Below, piece by piece: positions 1 to 8,679 of a stretch of DNA of 64,000 bases. The stretch's first letter is position 1; every line of letters starts with the position of its first letter. A model generated the notes under the pieces. It did not search any database and was not told the DNA's origin. It saw only the letters and a program-made list of their open reading frames with translations. Position numbers and translations under genes: made by a program. Location of the stretch: IMG/VR virus record IMGVR_UViG_3300043908_006005, one strand, 5' to 3'. The stretch comes from an uncultured virus (IMG/VR IMGVR_UViG_3300043908_006005). Lineage: Duplodnaviria > Heunggongvirae > Uroviricota > Caudoviricetes.

Positions 1-418
1 AATAATGTCCCAGGCAGACGTTGGTGTATTCCCCTCAAGAGCAGAGGGATGGAATCTGGAGGCTCTGGAAATGCTTTCTATGGGCAAGCATCTGATTATT
101 ACTGATTATTCTGCTCACACAGAATTCTGCAACAAGGATAACTCCAGGCTTATACAGATAGATGAGCTGGAAGATGCGCACGATGGAATATGGTTTCATG
201 GGCAAGGCCAGTGGGCTTCCATCGGAGACAATCAAATAGACCAATTAGTTAATCACATGAGAGAGATTCATGAGTCCCGAGAAGAAGTAAATCATAGCGG
301 TATAGAGACGGCAAATCTGTTTACCTGGGATGCATGTGCAAGAAAAATAATGGATGTCGCTGGACGTAACAGCCAATCTAAGTCCGTAGAAAATTTTAGA
401 AGGGTCGAAATTGGATGA
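1..418 (+). CDS. GT4-family glycosyltransferase, C-terminal part (5'-truncated by window)
   Basis: FPSRAEGWNLEALEMLSMGK matches the GT4 E-x7-E motif; FTWDACA C-terminal helix; frame is open to the window edge. Confidence 0.85.
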   Translation, partial: IMSQADVGVFPSRAEGWNLEALEMLSMGKHLIITDYSAHTEFCNKDNSRLIQIDELEDAHDGIWFHGQGQWASIGDNQIDQLVNHMREIHESREEVNHSGIETANLFTWDACARKIMDVAGRNSQSKSVENFRRVEIG

Positions 419-1419
419 TAGAAAAGTCTGATATAATAACGTGTAAATCCTACCAGCCTTTATGTGACTATCTATATGATGGTCCAGATTTTGAGGATAT
501 TCCCCCTACTGGTTTAGTTCATGTTCATCTTGACAATATAGAAGAATTCTTCAAAAGGATAGACAGCAACGGACATAGGTATGTAATAGTAAGCTCTTGC
601 TCGGACTATGGCCTAGCCATACAATCTGAACATCCTCCCTGGAAAGACATTTTAAAGTGGGCTGGAATGATGTGCGGTCCAGGGCTTGGATACCAGGGAA
701 TGCAGATAGAGGCTAGACTAGACCCGAAAAAGTGTAATCCAAAGGACACATATTCTGTTAAATGTCATTCTTGGACTAGGGCTACATTGCCGTCTATACC
801 GCATAACGTACATCACTGGTTTGTTGGCAATCTAATGTTTGTACCAGAGCCAGAAACTTATGATTTTCTACATGAAGGAAACATGCACGAAAAAATAACC
901 GCTATACCTTTTGGAATAGCTGAGGGCAGGCAAGATTACATATATAACGCTATGCAAAAAATAGAAACAGAAAAAAAGAAAAACAAAATATACGTTAGCT
1001 GGAATGACTACAACTTAGAAAGGTATGAGCTTCGCAAAGAACTGGTGGACTGGCAAAGCTATGCTGGTGTAGACGCGCTAACAGTCAGATATCCAAAAGA
1101 AGGTCAAGACACATACGAGGATTACATTGAAAACTTAAGAACCCACAAGTACGTTGTGTCTCCTCCTGGCAATGGGGCGGATTGTTACAGAACATTAGAG
1201 TCTATTTACATGAAGTGTTTTACTTTCGTAGAAGACACAGCTACGAACTACATAACGAACCTGCCCGTATATAGATATAAAACAGTTGACGATATAATAC
1301 GATGTTACAACGACAACGGTCTATCTCGAATGGAGAAGGGGCCTGAAGAGCAGCCAGAAACAAAACTTTCTTATTGGTCAGACAGGATAAAAGAAAAAGC
1401 GTCGGAGATGTTTGTATGA
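415..1419 (+). CDS. exostosin-like (GT47-type) glycosyltransferase
   Basis: KYVVSPPGNGADCYRTLESIY resembles the exostosin C-terminal motif. Confidence 0.6.
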   Translation: MIEKSDIITCKSYQPLCDYLYDGPDFEDIPPTGLVHVHLDNIEEFFKRIDSNGHRYVIVSSCSDYGLAIQSEHPPWKDILKWAGMMCGPGLGYQGMQIEARLDPKKCNPKDTYSVKCHSWTRATLPSIPHNVHHWFVGNLMFVPEPETYDFLHEGNMHEKITAIPFGIAEGRQDYIYNAMQKIETEKKKNKIYVSWNDYNLERYELRKELVDWQSYAGVDALTVRYPKEGQDTYEDYIENLRTHKYVVSPPGNGADCYRTLESIYMKCFTFVEDTATNYITNLPVYRYKTVDDIIRCYNDNGLSRMEKGPEEQPETKLSYWSDRIKEKASEMFV

Positions 1420-2468
1420 ATATACTGTTGTCCTACCCTAGAAGCGGAAGCACATGGCTTAGATATATGATTTCCAATACCTCAAACATCATGTGTCTTG
1501 GAGATGACCTTAAAGAGAATATTCAAGAAACACAATCCAAATTGAACATCAACGGCTCAAAAGAAAAAAAGTACGACCTCTCAAAACCATCGCATGATTT
1601 TGAAGAGAATGTTTTACTTAAGTGCCATGACCTAGAAATGCTTGAGACTACCTTCAGGCCAGTAGAGCAGGAAGGAATATCATGGGTATATGAAGAATTA
1701 TTCGCTGCTAACCCAAACAGAGACATTTTAGATATACTGAGCGAAAGGTATGCAAAGCTAATATTTTTATATCGAGACCCATTTGAAGTTTGCTGTAGGG
1801 GTAAAAGTTACTTTTACGGAATTGATGAGTATGCTAAGATTTTTAATCAGTACGCAAACTATAAGGGCGATAAAATAATTTTAAGTTATTCCGACCTAAT
1901 AAAAAGCCCCAAGGAAGTTCTTGATTCTGCTCTTTTATTTCTAGGACATGACCACGAAAATTCATGCAAACATAAATTCGACAAATTTTTTAAATACATA
2001 GAGCAACACAAGAAGGGTTGTGTAAAAATATATGAAGATGGATACGGCTACAAGTCACACACAAAAGGCGCGCCGGATACAGACAAATTTCACCAAATCC
2101 ACTTAAAAGAAAAGCAGAAAAACGATGCATATAAACAGCTAAAGAAATCACTAGACTCGCTAATGTTTGACCTGTATTTCAGCGACCAAAACATGGAAGA
2201 GCCCGAGGAAAAAAAGAACCCTAGCCTATCAACAACAGCCGAACAGGAAATGATGCAAAGGGCTGAGAAAGAGAGTAGGCTCAGACATGCAGCTAAAAAA
2301 CTACATATTCCAAGAAATTTAATATATGAGCCCCCTAAAAGACAAGATATAGAATTAAATAAAGAACCACCTAAAGAGGTAAAAATACAGGAAAAACCAA
2401 AGAAGGTTGGTTTTATAAGAAAATGTTTTGGTGTATTATTTGGTAGAAGAGGCTCAAATAAAACTTAA
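1416..2468 (+). CDS. sulfotransferase-domain protein with charged C-terminal tail
   Basis: LLSYPRSGSTW (5'-PSB loop) and YRDP (3'-PB motif); ATG 1416 overlaps the upstream TGA. Confidence 0.75.
   Translation: MNILLSYPRSGSTWLRYMISNTSNIMCLGDDLKENIQETQSKLNINGSKEKKYDLSKPSHDFEENVLLKCHDLEMLETTFRPVEQEGISWVYEELFAANPNRDILDILSERYAKLIFLYRDPFEVCCRGKSYFYGIDEYAKIFNQYANYKGDKIILSYSDLIKSPKEVLDSALLFLGHDHENSCKHKFDKFFKYIEQHKKGCVKIYEDGYGYKSHTKGAPDTDKFHQIHLKEKQKNDAYKQLKKSLDSLMFDLYFSDQNMEEPEEKKNPSLSTTAEQEMMQRAEKESRLRHAAKKLHIPRNLIYEPPKRQDIELNKEPPKEVKIQEKPKKVGFIRKCFGVLFGRRGSNKT
2429..2439 (+). promoter_or_regulatory. GGTG-TAnnnT putative phage promoter upstream of phoH
   Basis: TGGTGTATTAT, same motif as at 7296, 50490 and 62559. 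Confidence 0.4.
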
Positions 2469-2489
2469 AATTTCTTGGGAGGTAAATAA

Positions 2490-3185
2490 GTGTCCTCTAA
2501 GAAAAGAAAAGGCAACGACAGCCAACAGACCCATCTAAAACAGAACCATCTTTCCGCAAAAACACCTAATCAAAAAGACTATATAAAGTCCGTCAAAGAC
2601 AATCAGGTTGTAATCTGTTTAGGTCCAGCAGGAACTGGTAAAACGCACATAGCAACCTCCTTGGCAATAATGGGTCTAATTAGAGGCGATTATGAGAAAG
2701 TCATAATAACTAGACCATTAGTTCAGGCTGGAGAGGATACAGGGTATCTTCCTGGCAGCATTAGAGAGAAAATGTCGCCTTATTTGAGACCTATATTCGA
2801 CGAATTGCTCTGCTATGTAAGCAATTCAGACATCATAACCATGATGAATGGTGGTCAAATAGAGATTTGCCCATTAGCCTATATGAGAGGCAGAAACTTC
2901 CATCATTGTTTTATTGTGGCAGATGAGTGTCAAAACGCGTCTGAAAAACAGTTGATGATGCTATTGACAAGAATAGGAAAAGGAAGTAAAATGGTTATGA
3001 CTGGCGACGCTAGCCAATCTGACCTTAATTACAGAAATCAAGGCGGATTACAAGCCTGCGAACAGGGCCTTGAGGGTATCGAAGGAGTCGGAATCGTGCG
3101 ACTTGGCACAGAAGATATAGTCAGGGAGCCGGTAGTGGAAAGAATTGTCAAAGCAATGGAAAAATATCATTCAAGTTCTGATTGA
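2490..3185 (+). CDS. phoH: PhoH-family ATPase
   Basis: GPAGTGKT, TRP, GYLPG, AYMRGR, DECQN, TRIG and GDASQSD motifs; GGAGG SD before GTG. Confidence 0.95.
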   Translation: MSSKKRKGNDSQQTHLKQNHLSAKTPNQKDYIKSVKDNQVVICLGPAGTGKTHIATSLAIMGLIRGDYEKVIITRPLVQAGEDTGYLPGSIREKMSPYLRPIFDELLCYVSNSDIITMMNGGQIEICPLAYMRGRNFHHCFIVADECQNASEKQLMMLLTRIGKGSKMVMTGDASQSDLNYRNQGGLQACEQGLEGIEGVGIVRLGTEDIVREPVVERIVKAMEKYHSSSD

Positions 3186-3209
3186 CAAATCCCGATAAAG
3201 ATATATAAT
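3182..3209 (+). promoter_or_regulatory. sigma70-type promoter for the tRNA
   Basis: TTGACA-16nt-TATAAT directly upstream of the tRNA. Confidence 0.8.
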
Positions 3210-3213
3210 ATAT

Positions 3214-3286
3214 CGCGGGTAGTGGTGATGGCTCCACATCTGGTCTCATAAATCAGACGACGCAGGTTCAATTCCTGTACCCGCAA
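3214..3286 (+). tRNA. tRNA-Met(CAT), initiator-like acceptor stem, atypical core, no encoded CCA
   Basis: Acceptor CGCGGGT/ACCCGCA (C1:A72), D stem GTGG/CCAC, anticodon loop CTCATAA, T arm GCAGG-TTCAATT-CCTGT. Confidence 0.85.
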
Positions 3287-3322
3287 CTTTTACCTTTTTT
3301 ATAAATACCGGAGCATTTTAAA

Positions 3323-3928
3323 ATGACAGTAGTTTTAAGAGACGTTGACGCTAAGAAGAGACAGGGTTTTTCGTCAAACAATAATGAAGAGATGTATTCT
3401 CTCGCAGAGTACATCGAAATCGCCAAAAGGTGTATGTCTAAATTTTCTTCCAGGGAAAACTCAATTCGTATGCTCAAAGATGAGAGTGCTATCTCTCATG
3501 TTGCCGAGCATATCATGTGGGGTCATCTTCGATGGAAAGAAGACGGAGGACGAAATTTAAAAAGTTACCTTTGCCAATGTGCTATCTGGGCAATCAAAGT
3601 TTGGAAAACCAAGTCCTACCAAGCCGACCAAAAGAAGAATATGTCTCTTAATTATGAATTAGGAGATGACGGAGGAAATCAACAATACGAAGTTATTTCA
3701 GACACTAAGCTCAAAGAGCCTTTTGACATTATTTATAATGACCCAACCGATAATGCTATGGAAATTATCAACGGCTCTAACCTTACAGACATTCAAAAGA
3801 AATGCATGCAAGAGAGATATGTAGAAGGCAAAAAGCTGCATGAGATAGCTAGCGAGCTAAAGGTTACCAAGCAGGCAATCAATCAGCACATCAAAAGAGC
3901 TATCAAGAAAATGAGGACGCATAAATAA
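3323..3928 (+). CDS. sigma-70-family RNA polymerase sigma factor-like protein
   Basis: Region 2-like RWKEDGGRNLKSYL and region 4 HTH LTDIQKK...KLHEIASELKVTKQAINQHIKRAIKK. Confidence 0.75.
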   Translation: MTVVLRDVDAKKRQGFSSNNNEEMYSLAEYIEIAKRCMSKFSSRENSIRMLKDESAISHVAEHIMWGHLRWKEDGGRNLKSYLCQCAIWAIKVWKTKSYQADQKKNMSLNYELGDDGGNQQYEVISDTKLKEPFDIIYNDPTDNAMEIINGSNLTDIQKKCMQERYVEGKKLHEIASELKVTKQAINQHIKRAIKKMRTHK

Positions 3929-3929
3929 T

Positions 3930-4451
3930 ATGGGATTCGTTAAAGATTATAACAAAGGAAGACAGGGCGAGCAGAAAGTGTCCGAAATTCTTTCAGAAAT
4001 AGGCTCGGTCTCGCACGCGCCCAACAAAAAGTTTTACGATTGGGATTTATCCGTAACGCCCAATGACTCTGATTGTTACGACAAAGACTTCACAGTAGAG
4101 GTAAAGTTTGATGAAATGGAGGGCTCAACAGGCAACATCGCAATAGAGACCCGCAACAGCAAATCAGACTCAGATAGCGGTGTTACGGCCACGAAAGCAG
4201 ACCTATGGTGTCATGTTCTGGTTGATTCTGTGTGGATTACTAGCGTTAAAAGACTGAAAGAATTTATTTCGGAAACTGAACCCCTTAGAAGAGTTAAGAG
4301 AGCTGGCGACGGAAATGCTGAAATACTTCTGTTCAAAACAGACGACATTCTCCATATTTTTAATCGAATTGATGGCTTTGACAAGAATAAAAAAGACTTT
4401 CTAAGAAACGAAGTGTACACACTGCTAAACGAGGAACCAGTACCAGAATGA
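3930..4451 (+). CDS. PD-(D/E)XK nuclease-fold protein
   Basis: GEQ...DWDL...VEVK...TGNIAIE pattern. Confidence 0.55.
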   Translation: MGFVKDYNKGRQGEQKVSEILSEIGSVSHAPNKKFYDWDLSVTPNDSDCYDKDFTVEVKFDEMEGSTGNIAIETRNSKSDSDSGVTATKADLWCHVLVDSVWITSVKRLKEFISETEPLRRVKRAGDGNAEILLFKTDDILHIFNRIDGFDKNKKDFLRNEVYTLLNEEPVPE

Positions 4452-4939
4452 GTAAATTTGAAATAAAGGTCTGCCTCGTTCCATTTATACATACTTCAAC
4501 AGGAGATGAGAAAAGAGATATTGAAGTTGATGGCGAAACTGTAGTTGAAATGAAAGTAGGCTTAATTAAAAATGAATTAGGATACTCTGTTCTTTACAGA
4601 AATTTAGAACAAGGCGAAACCTCTTTAAAAGTTGTTAATGATATTCTCATTGACCAATACTTTCAGGTGGATAGGGTTGCCGGAGACTTTTATTTGATGC
4701 TTTGTGATTGTATAGACGGACCAAACAGATATGCGGGGCAACGACAGCAGGACGCGTCTCTTGTGTACAGGCTTGATGTAAGCCAAAAAGAAAAAGACTG
4801 CCCTGATTTCACATGGATTGACGGACATCAACTTGGAGAACTTGCGTCGAGTAAAAAATTACTAGGAGATACACAACAAATTATAGAGGCATCTTTGAGC
4901 TATGGACACGGGAAAAACGAACCCATCCCCACAACCTGA
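4448..4939 (+). CDS. hypothetical protein, possibly degenerate Nudix fold
   Basis: LEQGETS resembles the start of a Nudix box but REUxEE is absent. Confidence 0.4.
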   Translation: MSKFEIKVCLVPFIHTSTGDEKRDIEVDGETVVEMKVGLIKNELGYSVLYRNLEQGETSLKVVNDILIDQYFQVDRVAGDFYLMLCDCIDGPNRYAGQRQQDASLVYRLDVSQKEKDCPDFTWIDGHQLGELASSKKLLGDTQQIIEASLSYGHGKNEPIPTT

Positions 4940-5291
4940 TTTTATTGACACTTGGTCTGAATATGTTTCAGCTTTAATTCAAGAATCAAAAGATATTGAT
5001 GAGAAAGATAAATTTTTTATTTCTTTCTTAGTGGACAAAAACGGAATACTAGACACTAAGGCCTATGTTCCATCCAATGCCACTTACGATTTAAAGGATT
5101 GGTCCTCTAAACTATTGTCAGCAATATCAGAGGGAACCGCATCTTCTTTAATAGTGGAAGCCCTTACAAAATTTGCTTTGACTGCTCAATCCACTGAAAA
5201 AGAAAACGCCTATAAAATTCTTGAATTGTGGCGTTCTAAAAATGAAGAAAAAACCCCATGCATAAAGCCGACAGAAGTTCTAAAAAAGTGA
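4902..5291 (+). CDS. hypothetical protein
   Basis: ORF in tightly packed + strand array. Confidence 0.6.
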   Translation: MDTGKTNPSPQPDFIDTWSEYVSALIQESKDIDEKDKFFISFLVDKNGILDTKAYVPSNATYDLKDWSSKLLSAISEGTASSLIVEALTKFALTAQSTEKENAYKILELWRSKNEEKTPCIKPTEVLKK

Positions 5292-5302
5292 CTCTAACGT
5301 TG

Positions 5303-5314
5303 TGGTGTATACAT
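5303..5314 (+). promoter_or_regulatory. GGTG-TA motif, putative phage promoter
   Basis: TGGTGTATACAT in an intergenic gap. Confidence 0.4.
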
Positions 5315-5382
5315 AGTTGAAGCCTCTTTAATATATGTCTCGCTCAATATAACCTTATCTAGTTTGAAACAAGGGTTTGAAA

Positions 5383-6135
5383 ATGTCTCAGAAAAAAATT
5401 GTTTGGGAAAAATGGATTGACCCGTTGAATAGCAACGTAGACGAAGTAGAGTATCCAGGGTATGACCTCCCAAGCCAAGAGAATGAAGATTCCACAATAG
5501 AGTTTTTAAGTGTTGATGAAAACTTTGAAGACAAATATGAAGAACACTTAAACGATGATTCTGAATCACAAAAGAACATGATATACAATCCCGTGAGAAT
5601 AGTGCAGACCCCACAGGGATTTGTAACACTAACCGAACATTCTTTTGCCTCAAAGAGTTTTGACTTCTGGACTATGCACTACAACCAAGACATTACAGAA
5701 AAGATAATATCGGAAATAGAAAAATGTCCAGGTGTCGAGTCTGTTAATGCAATCACTAGATATAGGGCTAGACTTGGATTCAACAGAATACTGTTACAGT
5801 CTGGAGCCTTTGATTTAAATGAAATAAGAAAAAGCGTAGAATTGGCTGTGTTAAAATGTGATTCAAATAAAGCTCTATCATACGAAACAAAATATTCGGA
5901 AATGCAAGAAGACACAGACTTAATCGGTTTTTCAGAAGACATAAAACAAAAAGTAAAAAATCAAGTTTTGGAATTGCAAAAAAATAAATTTTGGGCTATG
6001 TACGTTTTCCCAAACGGAAGCATAGAATACATAGCGGAGGCAGACACAAAAAGCAGGCTATTTGAAGAAAAATCTCTTTTTTTTAAGAGAATAGAAAATA
6101 TGATTGGCGGTAAAGCGTTATTTTCACAGGAATAA
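5383..6135 (+). CDS. hypothetical protein
   Basis: About 250-aa ORF, ATG at 5383. Confidence 0.7.
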   Translation: MSQKKIVWEKWIDPLNSNVDEVEYPGYDLPSQENEDSTIEFLSVDENFEDKYEEHLNDDSESQKNMIYNPVRIVQTPQGFVTLTEHSFASKSFDFWTMHYNQDITEKIISEIEKCPGVESVNAITRYRARLGFNRILLQSGAFDLNEIRKSVELAVLKCDSNKALSYETKYSEMQEDTDLIGFSEDIKQKVKNQVLELQKNKFWAMYVFPNGSIEYIAEADTKSRLFEEKSLFFKRIENMIGGKALFSQE

Positions 6136-6140
6136 ATAGA

Positions 6141-6833
6141 ATGCCATCCAGCAGAAAACCAACGTCAGAGACAATTCAAGACCTTCACAATTTTTCGATA
6201 GACGTACAATCTAGAGAAATATACTTAAACAGTCATATCGCTGACTGCGAGGAAGAGTCCGGCGTAGACTGGAGAATGGCCACAAAGTTCAATAAAAACA
6301 TAAGGCTATTAACTACAGGGTCTGCGAAAGAACAGCCGATATTAATTCACATGCACACTGTTGGGGGGAACTGGGAGGATGGGCTAGCTATATATGACAT
6401 CATAAAGTCTTGCACCAACACGCACATAACAGTTATCGCTTACGCTCACGCACGTTCCATGAGCAGCATAATATTCCAGGCTGCTGATACTAGGGTGTTT
6501 ATGCCTAACTGTATTTGGCTTATGCACATGGGTGACATGGGCTTTGATGGTCAGGCTCAGTCTTTTGAAGCAGAGGCAGCATGGGCTAAAAAAGACCATG
6601 ACAGAATGCTTGACATATACGTTGAATCTGCGTATGGTAGCATGGCTTACAAGGGGAAAAGCAAAAGACAGATAAAGAACCTAATAGATAGAGGCCTTCG
6701 CTTAAAACAGGAATGGTACATGTCTGCTAGAGATGCAATATCACATGGATACGGAGATGCAGTTTTTGGCGACATTGGATATGAGGACATGGAAATAATT
6801 AAAAAGATTGGGAACAATGACAATAACGGATGA
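6141..6833 (+). CDS. clpP: ClpP-like serine protease
   Basis: REIYL, HTVGG, GLAIYD, ARSMSS (catalytic Ser), LMH (His), YMSARDA. Confidence 0.85.
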   Translation: MPSSRKPTSETIQDLHNFSIDVQSREIYLNSHIADCEEESGVDWRMATKFNKNIRLLTTGSAKEQPILIHMHTVGGNWEDGLAIYDIIKSCTNTHITVIAYAHARSMSSIIFQAADTRVFMPNCIWLMHMGDMGFDGQAQSFEAEAAWAKKDHDRMLDIYVESAYGSMAYKGKSKRQIKNLIDRGLRLKQEWYMSARDAISHGYGDAVFGDIGYEDMEIIKKIGNNDNNG

Positions 6834-7305
6834 AGAGTTTGAGAAAGCGTTAAAAAATAAAGACAATATAAGAATAATTAAGTCCGTTACAAAAAAATAC
6901 AGCGGACAGCTTTCAGAAGAAACCCAAAGAAGCTGTGGCCTTTACGGTCTGTGGAGGTGCATACAAAACCACGACGACAGCTATGGTCGTAAATTCACGA
7001 CCAGTCTATTTATGCATGTAGAATGGGAATGCAAAAGAGAGATATCTGCTCAAAAAAGAAAGCCGCTTGTTTTCTTGGGTGAGTCTGACGATAAAATCGA
7101 AAGTCCCCCACTAAGCGTGGAAGCATCAGAAATCCTTGACTGTCTCACCGAAAATCAAAAAAAAATAATGCACCAAAGATTTTTTGAAAACATGACTTTG
7201 CAAGAAATAGGCGAAAATCATGGGTATAGTAAGGAAGCTGCCAGACAAAACATAAACAAAATTATAGAAAAGCTAAGAGCAACAATTAGCGATGTTGGTG
7301 TATAA
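6817..7305 (+). CDS. second sigma-70-family factor (small, regions 2 and 4)
   Basis: GLWRCIQNHDDSYGRKFTTSL (region 2) and LTENQKKIMHQRFFENMTLQEIGENHGYSKEAARQ (region 4). Confidence 0.8.
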   Translation: MTITDEEFEKALKNKDNIRIIKSVTKKYSGQLSEETQRSCGLYGLWRCIQNHDDSYGRKFTTSLFMHVEWECKREISAQKRKPLVFLGESDDKIESPPLSVEASEILDCLTENQKKIMHQRFFENMTLQEIGENHGYSKEAARQNINKIIEKLRATISDVGV

Positions 7306-7306
7306 T
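7296..7306 (+). promoter_or_regulatory. GGTG-TATAAT putative phage promoter
   Basis: TGGTGTATAAT upstream of 7372; no recognisable -35. Confidence 0.55.
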
Positions 7307-7371
7307 ATATCTGGATTAGGAATTAAGATTTAGGACAAAAGGAGCGTTTTTTTCCTAACAGGAGAAACACT

Positions 7372-8043
7372 ATGGCTTTACGTGCAAATGGCGCAAAAGA
7401 CGGCGTGAACCGTCAGGGCGCAGAGCAAGGTACGCCTATTAACAATGGCGCAACCATTGCGATGGCTGGTAATGTACCGTCTACGGGCGCAACAAACGAT
7501 GCGGGTCTTGGCGAAGTTTTGGGTGCTGGCAGTAATTATGATTACAAGCCCGCAAAAATTGACCAGGACTCTATCTCTGAAACCGAGGGAGCATCTGTGG
7601 CTAACCGAGGCAACAGAGGCGGCGTTATTGAAGCAAGAGGTCTTGGCACAGGAACCTTTGCCTATGACAACCAGAGAGGCGTGATTAGAACTGTTAGCAC
7701 CACGATTAATGGCGCTGCAAACACCACGCTACAAACTGGCGGTGTTGGTAAAGGCGGAAGAGCGAACAGTTCAATTGGTGGACTCAATAGCTTCAGCCCC
7801 CTACCTCGATACTCTTTCAAAGCGGATGGGTCTATTCTTGCAAAAGTCAACTCCCCTGGTGGCGTTGATGCAGCAACTGGATGGGATTCAACCACTTCGT
7901 TTATCGACCCTGCTGTTGCAGGAGGCTCTACTGCCGCTAACGATGGCGCAGCGGCTCCAACCAGAGCAATCCCTGGAGAATTGGCGTATATGGAAAGCGC
8001 AAAAACTCCAAAACAGGACGATTACAAAGCGAAAACTGGCTAA
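7372..8043 (+). CDS. Gly/Ala-rich hypothetical protein, probably virion-associated
   Basis: AGGAGA SD, own promoter motif and terminator, Gly/Ala/Thr-rich composition. Confidence 0.7.
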   Translation: MALRANGAKDGVNRQGAEQGTPINNGATIAMAGNVPSTGATNDAGLGEVLGAGSNYDYKPAKIDQDSISETEGASVANRGNRGGVIEARGLGTGTFAYDNQRGVIRTVSTTINGAANTTLQTGGVGKGGRANSSIGGLNSFSPLPRYSFKADGSILAKVNSPGGVDAATGWDSTTSFIDPAVAGGSTAANDGAAAPTRAIPGELAYMESAKTPKQDDYKAKTG

Positions 8044-8068
8044 ACAGCTATCGCTTAATGGGCACTTT

Positions 8069-8101
8069 GAGGCTCGCGCTTCGGCGCGGCCTCTTTTTTT
8101 T
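8069..8101 (+). terminator. intrinsic terminator
   Basis: GAGGCTCGCGC-TTCG-GCGCGGCCTC followed by T8; cUUCGg tetraloop. Confidence 0.9.
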
Positions 8102-8103
8102 GG

Positions 8104-8132
8104 TTGACCAAAACAGCTTTAAGGTGTATAAT
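8104..8132 (+). promoter_or_regulatory. sigma70-type promoter that also contains the GGTG motif
   Basis: TTGACC-17nt-TATAAT, with GGTG immediately before the -10. Confidence 0.75.
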
Positions 8133-8138
8133 ACATTG

Positions 8139-8310
8139 TGTTAAAAGGTATGAAATCGGCTTCATTTAAAGGAACCGACGATATGTTTATCATTCACGGT
8201 CAGGCGGTAGCGAAGCCTAAATAACGTTATTACCATTGCGATAAGACCATCACGATTTGAACTCTGAAGTTATATGTCGCAACCACAAATTTTGGCTACC
8301 GCCTTTTTTT
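8139..8310 (+). ncRNA. candidate structured RNA or leader
   Basis: AGGCGGTAGC (8202-8211) pairs with GCTACCGCCT (8295-8304), followed by a T-run; inner stem TTGCGATA (8236-8243) with TGTCGCAA (8275-8282). Confidence 0.45.
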
Positions 8311-8328
8311 ATTAAAACAGGTTTTACG

Positions 8329-8679
8329 ATGATTGTAAACGTTGTACAGACATGTCCAAACATAGAGCGTATTATAGTTAAAACAGACGGCTCTTTAGAA
8401 AAATCAACCGTTAGCCTAAGTTCAGGAATGACTATAAGTAAAGTTAGATATGTTGTTCCTACTCATAACGGACCAAACTATGTAAACATACATATTGAAG
8501 ATGGGTCGGTATTAGTCGCTGTTTTAAATGTATGCATAGAATACAATAAAAATCAAAACAAAGCCATTCTAGAAAATATGGTTTCACCGGAAGAAAAGCA
8601 GACACTCTCATCTATAAACGAGACTATTCCAGGACAACCTCCAAGAAAGAAGCGTGGATGCTGTGGCAGACGACGTTAA
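8329..8679 (+). CDS. hypothetical beta-rich protein with KKRGCCGRRR tail
   Basis: ATG 8329; resembles 12457..12759. Confidence 0.65.
   Translation: MIVNVVQTCPNIERIIVKTDGSLEKSTVSLSSGMTISKVRYVVPTHNGPNYVNIHIEDGSVLVAVLNVCIEYNKNQNKAILENMVSPEEKQTLSSINETIPGQPPRKKRGCCGRRR

Noticed and set aside
8202..8304. Retron msr-msd suggested by the long-range inverted repeat
   Set aside because: No reverse transcriptase in the window
8257..8328. Upstream TTG start for the 8257 ORF
   Set aside because: It runs through the stem and T-run; ATG 8329 matches the start of the apparent paralogue at 12457
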